Assembly (NCBI RefSeq): GCF_009914755.1
Contig: NC_060930.1
Reading direction: 5' to 3' (one strand)
DNA length: 64,000 nt
DNA from: the human T2T-CHM13v2.0 reference genome, Homo sapiens
Below, one piece after another: positions 13,851 through 28,949 of this stretch; the first letter of the stretch is position 1; every line of letters begins with the position of its first letter. The notes below the pieces were generated by a model, which worked only from the letters and a program-made list of their open reading frames with translations, was not told the DNA's origin and did no database searches. Both the position numbers and the translations under genes were made by a program.

Positions 13851-14143
13851 TTTTTTTTTTTTTTTTTTTTAAATCGAGATGGAGTCTTGCTCTTCTCTCC
13901 TGGGCTAGAGTGCTCACTGCAACCTCCGCCTCCTGGCAGAGGCGATTCTCCTGCCTCAGCCACCTGAGTAGCTGGGATTACAGGTGCCCGCCACCACGCT
14001 CGGCTAATTTTTTTTGTATTTTTAGTAGAGACTTGGTTTCACCGTGTTGGCCAGGCTGGTCTCGAACTCCTGACCTCAGGTGATCTGCCCACCTCGGCCT
14101 CCCAAAGTGCTGAGATTACAGACGTGAGCCACCGTGCCCAGCC
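13851..14143 (-). mobile_element. AluS with small internal deletions
   Basis: Antisense Alu dimer with poly-T. Confidence 0.94.
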
Positions 14144-14504
14144 TGAATTCATTCTGTATCGCTGAGCAGACTTAGAGCCACATAGGGAGCTGTTGGTCTG
14201 TCTTGGAAAATGTCATGTAGTCATTACCTTTGAAAATAATAAAGCATTTTTGAAAATAAATTTATAATGCATCTCTTTTATAACTTCTGTTTTTTTATTC
14301 TGTTGTTATCTAGATAATCCCTATAGGTTTGCTCTATTATTCAGTTTGAGTAAGATTCAAGTTTAAATTCAAAATGAGATGCTATTTTTTGAGTAATTTT
14401 TTTTATTCATGGCAGATTGTCTTTGGAGATGTTCCTCAGTTACCAAATATGCTCAAAGCTAGATCCTTTTCTGGAGGAGTGAGATAGTTAATATTCTCTG
14501 TCGA

Positions 14505-15912
<1,408 letters not shown>

Positions 15913-17001
15913 TGCCTTTACACTCTGAGAAAGACTCACTCAGACAGAGCATGTCACTGTGGTTTCGAGTTAAGGCATTGGAAAAGAACAAATAGTGAAT
16001 AGTGGAAAGGGCAGTGAAATGGAAGGCCAGAGCTCCTGAATTCCAAATCCCTCTCCTTTGTTTTAGGCCATTAGCAAGACACCTAATGTCTGGAATAATG
16101 GCATTGTATATGCATTGCAGAAGCTAACCGAAAAAAAAGTAAGCCTTGTAATACATTGCAGTGGTCACTGTTGTTCTTAGGATGTACTTTCCTGAATTAA
16201 GTTGACTTCCTTCCAATCAAGACTTGTTTGTATGGCCACATGTCAGAGCAACCTGTATGTAATAAAGAGTTTGGAAGTAGCCTCAAGATTTTTTTTCTTT
16301 CTAGTGTATGTAACCTTATAAATAACAACCTACCAAAATGTATCCTTACTGTCCCACTTTTAACTTCAAATCCCAGCCACTAAGTTCTCTGGATGTTTTT
16401 TTTTTTCATCAGTTACCTGTTGTGTTATACTCTTACATAGTTTCAGAAGGAGACTTGCTGTCTGCGCCAGGCCTTCAGTAGGGCCAAGGTTGTAATAAAC
16501 CAGTCAGCCTTTGTAGTGGGCTCCTTGGGAATGTCAGTTGACATTTTCATTAATGACTTAGAAGACTTCTATAAGGCTGTCCATTGTACTAAGGTCTGCC
16601 TTGGTTGAGCGAAGTGTTAATAGATCTGCCTTTCTTCCTGACCTTGCTTTATCAGAGGACTGTCATAGCACAAGCAAATGAGAACAGACCAATGTTTCCA
16701 GAAAACAGGAGAACATTTCTCATACCTGCCGCTTAACGGTGCTACACTTGGAGATTAACACTGGAACGTCTTTCCTTCTAGTTTACAACAGCAGGATGTC
16801 TTTTTACTGAAATTAGCACACTTTTTCCACATAATTGTTACTTGAAGAAGTTGTGTAAGATGACTCCAGTTCTTACTGATGAAGCATTTAGGCAGTCTAT
16901 ATTTACAGGTCTTTCATTTTTAAAGGAGAGAGGAAAATCTTAAGAAGTAGCAATTTAATTATATCAGCCTTGTTTAGAGAACTGTTTGCAGAATTTAGAG
17001 T

Positions 17002-17455
17002 TGTCTTAGTTTGCTAGGGCCACCATAACAATGCCAACCACAAACCGGTGGCTTAAATGGCAGAAATGCATCGTCTCACAGTTCTAGAAGCTGAGAATCT
17101 GAAGAAGGCTAGAAGTCAGGGGGTTGGCAGGGTTGCTTCCTCCCGAGGGCTGTGAGGAAAGAATCTGTCCTGGGCCTCTCTCCTTGACTTGTAGATGTGA
17201 CTTGTAGATGGTGGTCTCTCTTTGGGTCTTTACGTTGCCTTCCCTCTATATGTGTCTCTTTCTCCAGATCTCTCCTTTTTATGAGGATACCAGTCATAAT
17301 TGGATTAGGCACCCACCCTACTCCAGTGTGACCTCATCTTAACCAGTTACCTCTGCACTGACCCTATTTCCAAATAAAAGTCACATTCTGAGGTACTGGG
17401 AGTCAGGACATCAATATACGAATTTTTGTGACAGGGACACCATTCAACCCATAAC
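17002..17455 (-). mobile_element. MaLR LTR (MLT1B/C-like)
   Basis: tgtcttagtttgctagggc...ccctatttccaaataaaagtcacattctgaggtactggg...attcaacccataac. Confidence 0.85.
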
Positions 17456-18390
17456 GGAGTGCGTTGCTGTCAAGGTTTCTGATGTTCTAAGGCAGAGAAC
17501 AAAAGTGTGTTTTACTTTTTGTACAAGGTGGGAAAACTGAAAGGGAAACTTTTTTTTTTTAAGGTGATAGAAGAGCTGAAAGTCATAATGAAAGACTGTT
17601 TCTTTGCTCTGCCCAGTAAGCCAGACATCATTTTCATAGTATTTTATCTTTTAACCTAAAAGATGTGTTGTACCTTTGAACTTCTAGAGAATAGTAGCCT
17701 ATTTTTCAGAAGCATAGACTTTTGTCTTAGAAGATGTCCAGAGAGAGGAAGGGTCTTTCTCATAGTTACCCTACCTGCGTATTAGAAGAACCACCTTAAA
17801 GTCAGTGACTCGTAACACCAGCCTCACATTCACTGTTTGATTGCCCCGTTAGTAAATGCTTTTCTTCTGTGTGTAAAGACTAACTGTGGCCACACTAGAG
17901 ATAAGTGTTATCTTTCTGATTTTCTTTTCTTCATGGTGGAAGGCTAATTCTGGAAAAAAAAAAAAATGTTGCATGTAGCTGATATGTTTGCCTGAGTTAT
18001 TTTATGTCCACAAACATTCATGTACCTGTTATCTCTTCTAATTTTAAAACCTGCCATGATAAAAACTAGACTTTGGGCATCCTGGATTTTTCCATATTCT
18101 TCTTAACTCTACAACTAATTCAGAGTAATCACAGGAAGATATGGGCACCTTCTGTTTTCCTTTGGCTGGTTTTTCAGGTGAATTAGTTTACTTTGTTCCC
18201 AGTCCACTTTGGGATGTGTCATTGTGGGTAAGAAAGGTCCATATATCAAGAAATGTCATTGCACACATGAACTTCTCTGTGCTTTTTTAGCATTGCTATG
18301 TAGAAGACAGCTGGTAATTTAACCTTGAATATTTTCTACAACACTGCATCTTGTTAATCCACATTCTGTTGTTTTTTTCCCCCATTTTAG

Positions 18391-18534
18391 CAAATTGATG
18401 GAGAAGCATTTCTACTTATGACTCAAACAGACATTGTTAAAATTATGAGCATTAAACTGGGCCCTGCTCTCAAAATTTTCAATTCCATCCTGATGTTCAA
18501 AGCTGCAGAGAAGAATTCTCACAATGAACTTTGA
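18391..18534 (+). CDS. L3MBTL3: L3MBTL3 terminal coding exon (SAM domain end and stop)
   Basis: Polypyrimidine tract ttttttcccccattttAG|; QIDGEAFLLMTQTDIVKIMSIKLGPALKIFNSILMFKAAEKNSHNEL*; IDGEAFLL..KLGPALKI is a Polycomb/MBT-type SAM motif; TGA at 18532-18534. Confidence 0.97.
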   Translation, partial: QIDGEAFLLMTQTDIVKIMSIKLGPALKIFNSILMFKAAEKNSHNEL

Positions 18535-19245
18535 AGATGGTGAATTCTGAATACCATCAGCATTCTGCTTTAAAGCTCATGTTTTATTCAAAGCACAAGG
18601 ACGGTTATAACTCCTAAGTGAGAAGTCTCCAAAACTCAAAAGAGCAACACTATCGGATTATTTATATTACTCAAGAGACAATATATATGAATTCTTATGA
18701 AAGTGCTTGAGCTTTTAACCAGGTACTGTCTAACAACAGTCATCTTTTGGTTCTGTTCACTGAGCTAAATTTATCTTTGTAAATCTTTTTGAGTCTGGGG
18801 GGTGGGGGGAAGGGGGGCTTCATTAATTATTTATGGTAATGGGGGGCAGAGTAAGAACTTTTGGCATTTTGTAAACATTGTTGAATTCTCTTTCATGTAC
18901 ACTGTTTCTTTTTCAATACTTTCAGAAACCTTTTTATATAATCAAATTTCAATTTAAACCAAATTAGTCGAAACCTGGCTAAGTTTAGCCAGTAGGACTG
19001 TTATCTGTATTGTTAATTTTGTGCCATATTTTGAATTGCAACATTATGCTAAGTATAACTTTGCAAGTCATGATATTGCCTAACTGCTTGTCATAATTGT
19101 CAGGGCTGAATAGTTGTAAGAATGACTTTTCTTTGAATCAGTATTTTTCCTTTTGCACGCATTATGAAATGTTAAACAAATTACTTTTCACCAGCATCTT
19201 TACTATAATTACCAAAAACATGTATATAAAAGAATGAAATTGAAA

Positions 19246-19270
19246 AATAAAATATATAAACATAAATAAA
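19246..19270 (+). terminator. Candidate proximal polyadenylation signals of L3MBTL3
   Basis: AATAAA at 19246-19251 and 19265-19270, TGTA at 19221, GT-rich downstream sequence. Confidence 0.5.
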
Positions 19271-20201
19271 TTAGGTAGTGTATTTTGAGTGGCATCAGTC
19301 TCACTCATCTTGGTGCCCCGGTGTTTACAAGAGCCAGATGGTGTCAGAGGAGTACGCAGTTGTATGCAGTTATGGTTGGGGGGAATGTTTGTGAGGGTCT
19401 TGAACTATTTATGAGATGATCTTGAGCTTCTAATTTTCATTGATGAAATTGTGGTGGTTTACAGAGACTAAGAGCTCATTCTGTCAACAGAAACACTAAT
19501 CTGTACAGAGCGCTGTCTCAGGTCATGCATTGTCCTCCAAACCCAAAGGTTTTTTTCAGGGTTGGCTAGAGAGCGAGTATTGTGATTTTGCTGAAAAGAC
19601 AAGGTGTGAAGGAGCAACTTCAGTTGACACAAAATTTGAAATGCTCACAGATCAGGGAGGTGATTTCCCAAAGTAATTGCCCAAGAACCTCCGTTTTGGA
19701 AGGATTCCTTTTTCTGTAGAATACTTTGCCTCGATATATAAGCATACAGATGCACTTTAAATGAAAACCCTTGATTATAAATTGATAGCTGGTAGTGTTT
19801 CTTTTGCAAGAATGCATTTCTAAGGCAAAAGGTAAATTATTTTGTCCGTCTTTTGATGTACTTTCTGATTCCAGGATTGGATATTTATTCAAGGACTATT
19901 TTAAAAATAGAAAGTAAGTTTGTAGCATGCTGTCTGAATTCTGGGGTAAGTTCCACCTCTTCTTTAGTTGCTTTCGTTTTTTATGATGTAGGACTTCCTT
20001 TGATATCCCTGTTGGAAGTCCATTAGCAGTCCTTTGCATTTGCCAATTCAAGGTAAAACAGGGTCAGTGACATCTGCAGTGTCCCAGTCATTTATTTGCA
20101 TGAATCTGCTTAAATAAGTTTTTTGTTGCTGTTTTTTCTTTTTTATGTTTTGTTCAGAATTTGTACATTCAAGTTGTACTTGTTATATCTGACATGAATG
20201 A

Positions 20202-20207
20202 AATAAA
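20202..20207 (+). terminator. Distal polyadenylation signal of L3MBTL3
   Basis: AATAAA with upstream TGTA motifs and U-rich flanks. Confidence 0.75.
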
Positions 20208-20442
20208 ATCTTAATTACAGATGCTTTTTACATATGTATGATTTTTAAGAAAGCTTCTCAAATAGGAGAGGCAGAACAAGAACAGGAAGAGCATCAAGTA
20301 TTTGGACATTACTAGCTATGTAATGAATCTGTAGGATTCAGAATTGTCAAACTGTGTCCCAAGATGATGACAAAAATATTGAAAGATTATATTGTTAGGT
20401 CAAGTCCAATTCATCCCCATTGGGAATTTTTTTCAAGTGTAA

Positions 20443-20801
<359 letters not shown>

Positions 20802-21042
20802 AATTTTTAAAATCTTATTGAAGACATCCACTCATTCTATGCAACATGTTGTTACATGTTAGAGGCAAGGCATTAAGCATCTGTAGGGTGGTGAGGAATT
20901 CACTGTACCTCAAGAAGGTGAAAACTCTCACCACTCCATCCCTGGGATATAGTCTAAGTTTTAACAGAGAATATAGGGCACCATGATTGTAGGGAGATCT
21001 CTGAAGTGAGAGATGCAGGCTTGGGGTAAGACAAACGGTGGA

Positions 21043-21178
21043 AGCCAAGCTCAGTGGCTCAACCCTGTAATCCCAGCTACTCAGGAGGCTGAGGCAGGAG
21101 GATCTCTTGAGCCCAAGGATTTCGAGACCAGCCTGGGCAACATAGCAAGACCCCATCTCAAAAAAATAAAAATAAAAG
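21043..21178 (+). mobile_element. Alu monomer (FLAM-like)
   Basis: Single arm with A-tail. Confidence 0.85.
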
Positions 21179-21981
21179 AGAGAAAAGGGAGGAATAGAAA
21201 ATATAGACCTTGATAGGACCTTCCCATCTAAAGGCATTTTTTTTAAAAAATTGAAAACACTGCGCAAGCCAAATACAACCTTTGTGCAGGTTGATATTTG
21301 TCCTCAGGCTGCCATTCTGCAACTTCTAGATTCAGTAGACTCAGCCCCTAAATAAAATAGGGTATGTTGGTCAAGCAGTGTTGAATTTAGCAAGTGTCAG
21401 GATGTGCTGGGCACTGGGGATAGATACACCATTGAGAAAGACAATAAAATGGGCTTGAATCTACCTTCAAGGTCAGCCCATGTCTGTGTCATGCTTGGAG
21501 CCAAACTTCACTGCAGTTTCCTTGTAGCTCACCTTGTCATCCTGTCATGGCCTGAGAGAGGCTGTCATTCAACTTCAGCCATAGGGATGTATACCTTATA
21601 AGGAAAAGAATCTGTAAGAACTTGGTAAGTTTATTTGGGAATAAAGGACTAAAAGGAAGAAGGAGTAATTTGGGGAAATAAAGGAAAGTTTGTAAGGAAC
21701 TAAAGGTACATTCTAATGAAAGGGAAGAAATGATTACTGGAGGATAGGAACTAGGTTAGGCAAAATGACTTGTGCCAAATTGTTACTTACTCTGCCTGTG
21801 TTTTGATGTAAGTAGTTAATTAATAGTGATTGTAGAAATGGGCAACTGTTCTTTGACTTCTTTTATCTCACTGGCTTTAGCGTTTTAATGAACAGTCCTT
21901 AGAGAGAGAAAGATATCTAGCAGGCTGTTGTCATTTCAGTGATAGAATAAATATTTTGCAGTTATTTCCAGAGATGGGTAG

Positions 21982-22324
<343 letters not shown>

Positions 22325-23111
22325 CACATGAGCCTTTCTTAAACTTAAAAAAAAATTAATTTGATCATGTAACCCAGGAAATGTTCATCCCACCATGCTG
22401 TGTAGGTATTTTTAACACACTTAAATCCCTTTTCTGTTCCCAAAAGGCCCTGGTCTATCTTCCAAAGCTAATAAGTCATGTTGATATTTTGATAATAACA
22501 TCAAGGGGCACCTTAAACTATAGTTCTTACCTTGTGAAATAGTTGGAAAGAGGGAGAGTGCACTGAGTCTTGTTAGACCCAAAAAGTACTTATGCAGCCA
22601 TTGTTAAGAGCAGAACAGATAGAACTGGACTCTGGGCAGTAGCCAGTTGGGCATGCAGGATGAGTCACTGTGTTTCCAAGGCGAGAAGCAGTAGCAGATG
22701 AACACAGGTCACAGACATCAGGACCTGTACCAGCAAGATCAGCCAGCAATGAGGAGACCTCAAAAATGCCGCAGCCCTTATTCTCAACAAGCGATTAAAG
22801 ACAACCAGATCTCCTGGGGCAAGGCAGATCCCCTGAGGGAGAGAAGAGTATGTGTCCCTTCTTGAAATGTTCAATGCAAGTTCAAAATGTTCCCAAGTGA
22901 TGTTCAGACCAAAGAGACAGCCCACAGGCCATAAATGTCCAGCTCCTGTGCATTAAGTGGGCATGCTGAATTCAGTCCAAGGCCATTCTCTAACCTGAAG
23001 GATTTGAGTACAGTGTATTTCAAAAAAACTGAGGCACCTCTGAAAATATAACTTAACTGCGGAATTTCTAAAAACTCAAAATAAATCGACAGCTCTTTAA
23101 TGAAGTAGAAT

Positions 23112-23117
23112 TTTATT
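23112..23117 (-). terminator. Polyadenylation signal of SAMD3
   Basis: TTTATT on + (AATAAA on -) about 185 nt after the stop; ATTAAA variant at 23096-23101. Confidence 0.7.
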
Positions 23118-23300
23118 ACAGAATTTCACAAAGAACTTAATATCTAAGTGTAAAGATAGAAAGCATTGAAATTCATTAGCATCTATAAATACAAGATGAT
23201 TTTCTCATACCTACCTCTACCACAACCCTAAATCAAAACAATTTCTTATGAAGCTTCAGTTTTCCCAGAGGTAAATTCCAGTACAATATTTGGCATGCTA

Positions 23301-23585
23301 TTAAGTGAGTGGGTGCTGAAATCCTACTTCGTTTTCCTTTTCTTTCAAAGAAGGAAAATAAGGACTGTGCATATCGAAAATCAGCGTTTCTAGGAAGTTG
23401 AAAGTTTGGGACAGTCTTCTTGGACACTCAATCCTAAATACATGAAAGGCAGCTACTAGCGCAGCCAAGGCTGTAACACAGTCGTCCACCTTTGTGAGCC
23501 TCTCCCTTTCTAAATATAAAGAAAATTCGCAGACCTCCATGTTGAAAGGGTTTTTAACTTCCAACACAGGTGTGGACACTTGCAC
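23301..23585 (-). CDS. SAMD3: SAMD3 terminal coding exon
   Basis: Minus-strand acceptor ctctttttttCAG|; VQVSTPVLEVKNPFNMEVCEF...KEKENEVGFQHPLT*; TAA at 23303-23301. Confidence 0.94.
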   Translation of the reverse strand: MQVSTPVLEVKNPFNMEVCEFSLYLERERLTKVDDCVTALAALVAAFHVFRIECPRRLSQTFNFLETLIFDMHSPYFPSLKEKENEVGFQHPLT

Positions 23586-23758
23586 CTGAAAAAAAGAGTG
23601 GAGTCATTACCATGATACGTAAAATAGCTAAATAATAAAACATCTGAACTTAATCATGGTATTACAATAAATCAGCTTGTTGCAATGTAGCATATTTGTA
23701 AATATGACAAACATACTTCAAAATAGACCACCAACTTTGCTTTTAAATAAGTTATCGC

Positions 23759-24068
23759 GGTTGGGCTCAGTAGCTCATGCCTGTAATCCCAGCACTTTGG
23801 GAGGCCAAGGCAGGTGGATCACCTGAGGTCAGGAGTTCCAGACCAGCCTGACCAACACCGTGAAACCCCATCTCTACTAAAATACAAAAATTAGCTGGGC
23901 GTGGTGGTGCATGCCTATAATCCCAGCTACTTGGGAGGCTGAGGCACGAGAATCGCTTGAACCAGGAGGTGGAGGCTGCAGTGAGCCAAGATCACGCCAT
24001 TGTACTCCAGCCTGGGCAAAAGAGTGAGACTCCATCTCAAAAATATAAATAAATAAATAATATAAATA
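23759..24068 (+). mobile_element. AluS in the last SAMD3 intron
   Basis: Alu dimer with (TAAA)n tail. Confidence 0.95.
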
Positions 24069-24120
24069 ATCGCATGAAGATGTAAAATGTCAAACTAGTG
24101 GCCATTCACATACTACATAC

Positions 24121-24203
24121 CTGTTCATTCATGATGACAAAAAGGCTGGGATCATCCCCAAAAACATCTGGGAGGAGTAAACATGTGGCTGTCATCTTCA
24201 TGT
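24121..24203 (-). CDS. SAMD3: SAMD3 coding exon
   Basis: tttgacAG| ... |GTatgt; 83 nt, phase 1-0; (Y)MKMTATCLLLPDVFGDDPSLFVIMNEQ. Confidence 0.93.
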
Positions 24204-24790
24204 CTGTCAAAGCAAATATGTTAACATGTGAAGTAAAAATAAGCTTTTAGCAATTGTAAGCTAAGCTAGTATTGAAACATCTGGATTTTTTGTTACCTTG
24301 GACAGAAAACAAACTAGCCTTCTTAGATCAATGTTTCACACCTTTTTAAACCATACCCTCTTCTAATAAAACATTCAAAATCTCGTATCTGCCCTCCAGA
24401 GCACTTCCAGAAGACAAGAGTTCTGTACTGTCTGTCCATCAGCCAGGAAGAATTTATGCTGCCCCTTGTGATTTGTATTGTAAAATTAACTGGTTACTAG
24501 TTCCCTAAATATAATTTTACAATATCCAGTATACTTTTAAAATCTATACCTCTCCTCCTCCTCTAATTGGAAAAATTCTTTTTTTTCCCCACCAGTTGTT
24601 TCACTTATTACTTAAATATTGAAAATTATTATTAAATATATTTTAGTAATGTAAATTTTTAATTTTTAAATATATTTTTAAAACTCAATAAATGTAAACT
24701 ACTGAATTTTACTGACTACCAAAGCATAACTTTTCTAGATATTCTGATAAATAACAGATGAAATCACACCACTCCATAAGGTTTACTAAC

Positions 24791-24962
24791 ATTTCAACAT
24801 GTCTTCATCTGTGTAATGTTTCATTTTTTCTTGCAATACAATATTGATTGGATTGTCCACCACTGAAAAAGAAGTCAGTATATTTTCTGAATAGGATTCC
24901 AAAATGTGCCTTGTTTTCTTATAAATATCTGTTCTTGTAAGAAGTTGGAATTCTCTGAACAT
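24791..24962 (-). CDS. SAMD3: SAMD3 coding exon
   Basis: ttcttttgtcAG| ... |GTtagt; 172 nt, phase 0-1; MFREFQLLTRTDIYKKTRHILESYSENILTSFSVVDNPINIVLQEKMKHYTDEDMLK. Confidence 0.93.
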
Positions 24963-25430
24963 CTGACAAAAGAAGAAAGCAATGGATACATCAGATCACA
25001 AGAAAAGCTAATATATAGAATGTAAAGACATAAAACCTTTAGAATTAAGCTTTGAATGCTGGTTTACACTAAGTACTCAATATTTTAGAAGTTTTAGTGG
25101 AGAATTAAAGCCTTAGGATGAGGGAGGAGAAAAGAATGAAAGCCTGAAATGAATTTGAAATGATAAATAATGGGCATGGCAAATTTCTAAACCTACAGAA
25201 CTAAAACTTTGGATGCAGACTCAACTAAATGAGGATTCAAAGGGTGTATGCATATGCAGGCTATTTGGGTTACCCAGCTAAGGTTCTAAGATCTTACATT
25301 TCTTTAGGTGACTACATTGTTATGTCTTGTTCAACAAGCAGCAAAGAACAAAACTGTTAGATTTTAGGAAGCAAGCCCTGACAAATACTTAACCATAGTA
25401 TCCTAAATTTAGGTAAAGGAGAGTGCTTTA

Positions 25431-25777
<347 letters not shown>

Positions 25778-26269
25778 CAATGTATGTGCAGATTTGACTA
25801 CAAGGTCAAAGCAAAACCAGTTTACTTTATGGAAGTCCCTTTCCTCAAACTACCCCATCCTACCACTGCCTGAACTCTTCCCCCTCAGAGGATTCCACCA
25901 CCACTCCCCCTCCTGTTTTTGACAGTGGCATTATCAGATTATTAGCCACCCACACTCCAGTGAATTAATTTAGTCATTGCTTTTCCTAAAACTATAAAGA
26001 ACAATCACATACTACCCACTGGGCCTCATTGTTCCTTGAATGTTTTGGTAGATCATAAATTGCCTAGAGATTAGGTCTGAAAGTTAAGTTGTCAGAAAGC
26101 TGGAATGCATAAGGCATAGTGGCTTTGTTACCAGGCAACCCACAGTGGACCACTAATCTAGATTAATACCGTTAGAAAACCGTTTTCTCAGCAGGAAGAT
26201 GTGAAGGGAAGGATGAAGGAGGTGAATACGCCACTGTTCTGGGCTCATAGCCTAAGAATTTCTTTTCTG

Positions 26270-27975
26270 ACTTTTTATGTTTTGAAATAATTTCAAGTTT
26301 GCATTAAAGTTGCAGAAATAGTAAACAGAACTTACAAGTGCCCTCTGTGCAGCTTCCCCCAATTTCTGATCCAGTTGAAAATGAGCTGTAGATACAATGC
26401 CCCACTATTCCTTAATACCTCATTGTGTATTTCCTAAGTACAAGAGCACCCAAATTCAGGAAAATCTACTACACATTCCATTCAAATTTGCCAGTTGTTC
26501 CAGTCATATTCTTAACAGGCCCAGGATCTAATCCAGGATCCCATATGAGATTTAGATACCACGCCTCTCTAGTCTCCAGTCTGAAACAACTTGTTAGTTT
26601 CCTTGACGGTTTCTGAAAAGTGGAGGCCAGTTACTTTGTAGAACATTTCTCCTTGGAAGTTTTATGATATTTCAAGATTTATGCATTTCTGGCAAGAATA
26701 TTAGCATTTCTCACTGTGTCCGGAAGCACAAAATGGTAACTGGTCCCAGTATTGGAGATAACTTTTATTACTTGATTAGAAATGGAATTCACCAGGTTTT
26801 TCCACGTAAAATTAATATATGTTGTATTTTATGAGGAGATACCTTGAGTTTATGTCAATATCTTGTTCCTTGTATAACTTTGATCCATCAGATTCCACAT
26901 CCATTAATGATTCTTGCCTGAATCAAGTACTACTACAATAGTTGCCAAATGGTGACTTTTCTAATTCCTTTCTTTCTACATGGATTAGTTGGCTTTCTAT
27001 TTTAAGATAGTTTCTTTTCTTCCACATATATTTACTTACTTATTTCTATCACTACAGGTTAATCAATTCCCATTTTACCCAAACGGTTACAAATCTGATC
27101 CTTTCATTATTTATAGAATTGCTCGAATTGCCCAGACTTGGCCAGTAGGAGTCGCTTCAAACAGACTGCCGTGCCCTCTTGGCATGTCCTTATTAGTGTG
27201 CAAGCACTTCCTTCATTTCTGGCATTACACAGTATTTCAGACTCGTCTTGACTCGTCTTGGTTTGTTGTTGTTGTTTTCATTTTTGTTTTGCCCCCAACC
27301 CTGTAGTGAGCTATTTCTCCACGAACCCTAATTCCTTTTCATGAAGAATGGCTTTAAAAACTAAGATTTCAGGCCAGGCACTGTGGCTCATGCCTATAAT
27401 CCTAGCACTTTGGGAGGCCAGGGCAGAAGGATCATTTGAGCCCAGGAGTTTGAGACCAGCCTGAGCAACATGGCGAAATCTGTCTCTACAAAAAATACAA
27501 AAATTTGCCAGGTATGGTGGCACATGCCTGTAGTCCCAGATACTCAGGAGGCTGAGGTAGGAGGATCACCTGAGCCCTGGGAGGCCAAGGCTGCAGTGAG
27601 CCATGATCATGACACTCCAGCCTGGACAACAGAGTGAGACTTTCTCAAAAAAAACCCAACCAAAAAAAACCAAGATTTCAGCCCTGGTGTGCAACTTGCT
27701 ACGGAGATGTTATTGCTTTAGACTTTCTCATAGAAGAAATCTAGGAAATGTTTGAATTTACATAAACAAAGGCACCCGTTGATCCAGAAACACCAATAAC
27801 TATATATGTAAATATTAAATAGCCATACATAAAGACTAAAACCATGAATTCACATTGATACTTTCAATTCCAAACCAATACCACAGGGCTTTTCCTAACC
27901 TTCCCCTTCCCAAGCTTCTAACTCTCTTCAACAGTGAGATTCCTGGCTCCCATTATATCTCAGTGTATTTACTTA
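26270..27975 (-). mobile_element. Old L1M 3'-end fragments
   Basis: ttgaaataatttcaagttt...aaagttgcagaaatagta and ccaggatctaatccaggatc motifs. Confidence 0.6.
27372..27669 (+). mobile_element. AluJ
   Basis: Alu dimer; TSD AAAACYAAGATTTCAG. Confidence 0.93.
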
Positions 27976-28038
27976 TGAGCACTAACATCTGTGTAGCCAA
28001 GCTCCCAGCTGTGAATGGTCAGCCACAGGAAAGCCTCC

Positions 28039-28664
28039 AACACTTATACACTGCTAGTGGGAATGTAAATTAGTTCAGCCACTGTGGAAAGCCGTTTGGA
28101 GATTTCTCAAAGAACTTAAAACAGAGCTACCATTTGACCCAACAATCCCATTACTGGGTATATACCCAAAGGAATATAAAGAAAGACGCATGCACACATA
28201 TATTCATTGCAGCACTATTCACAATAGCAATAACATGGAATCCACCTAGATGCCCATCAATAGCAGACTGGATAAAGAAAATGTACATGTACACCATGGA
28301 ATACTACATAGCCATAAAAAAGAATGAAATCATGTCCTTTGCAGCAACATAGGTGTAGCTGGAGGCCATTGTTCTAAGCAAATTAATGCAGGACTAGAAA
28401 ACCAGATACTGCATGTTCTTTCTTATAAGTGGGAGCTAACCACTGAGTACACATGGACACAAAGAAGGGAACAATAGACCCCGGAGTCCACTTGAGATTA
28501 GAGGGTGGGTGGAAGGTGAGGATCGAAAAACTACCTATCGGGTATTATGCCCGCTACCTGGGTGATGAAATAACCTGTACACCAAACCCCCACGACATGC
28601 AATCTACTTATATAACAAACCTGCACGACGTATCCCCTGCTGAACCTAAAAGTTGGAACAAAAA
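28039..28664 (+). mobile_element. 5'-truncated L1 3' end (L1PA16/L1PB-like)
   Basis: ORF2 C-terminal remnant ...YYIAIKKNEIMSFAAT and 3'UTR; TSD GAAAGCCYCC. Confidence 0.9.
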
Positions 28665-28880
28665 GAAAGCCCCCCTTTTCACAACCCCAGATTATGTCCT
28701 ACAAATTAATCATCTTAATCCTTTTTCTTTCTGTTACTCAGACTGGATAATTTCTATTAATCTATCTGCAGATTCACAGCTCCTTTCTTTTCATTTTCCA
28801 ATATGCTTTTAAGCCTACGCACATGGTGATGTTTTCATTTCAGATAACTGTTCTTTTCAGCTCTGAATTTCAATTTGGTT

Positions 28881-28918
28881 CATGTGTGTGTGTGTGCGCG
28901 CGTGTGTGTGTGCGTGTA
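28881..28918. repeat. (TG)n(CG)n alternating purine-pyrimidine tract
   Basis: catgtgtgtgtgtgtgcgcgcgtgtgtgtgtgcgtgta. Confidence 0.85.
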
Positions 28919-28949
28919 TTTCATTTCTCTGCTGAGATTCCCTATGGTG

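Larger units (their letters stand above)
18535..20225 (+). other. L3MBTL3: L3MBTL3 3'UTR (end approximate)
   Basis: AU-rich stretch with no obvious interspersed repeat after the stop codon, ending after AATAAA at 20202-20207. Confidence 0.8.
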
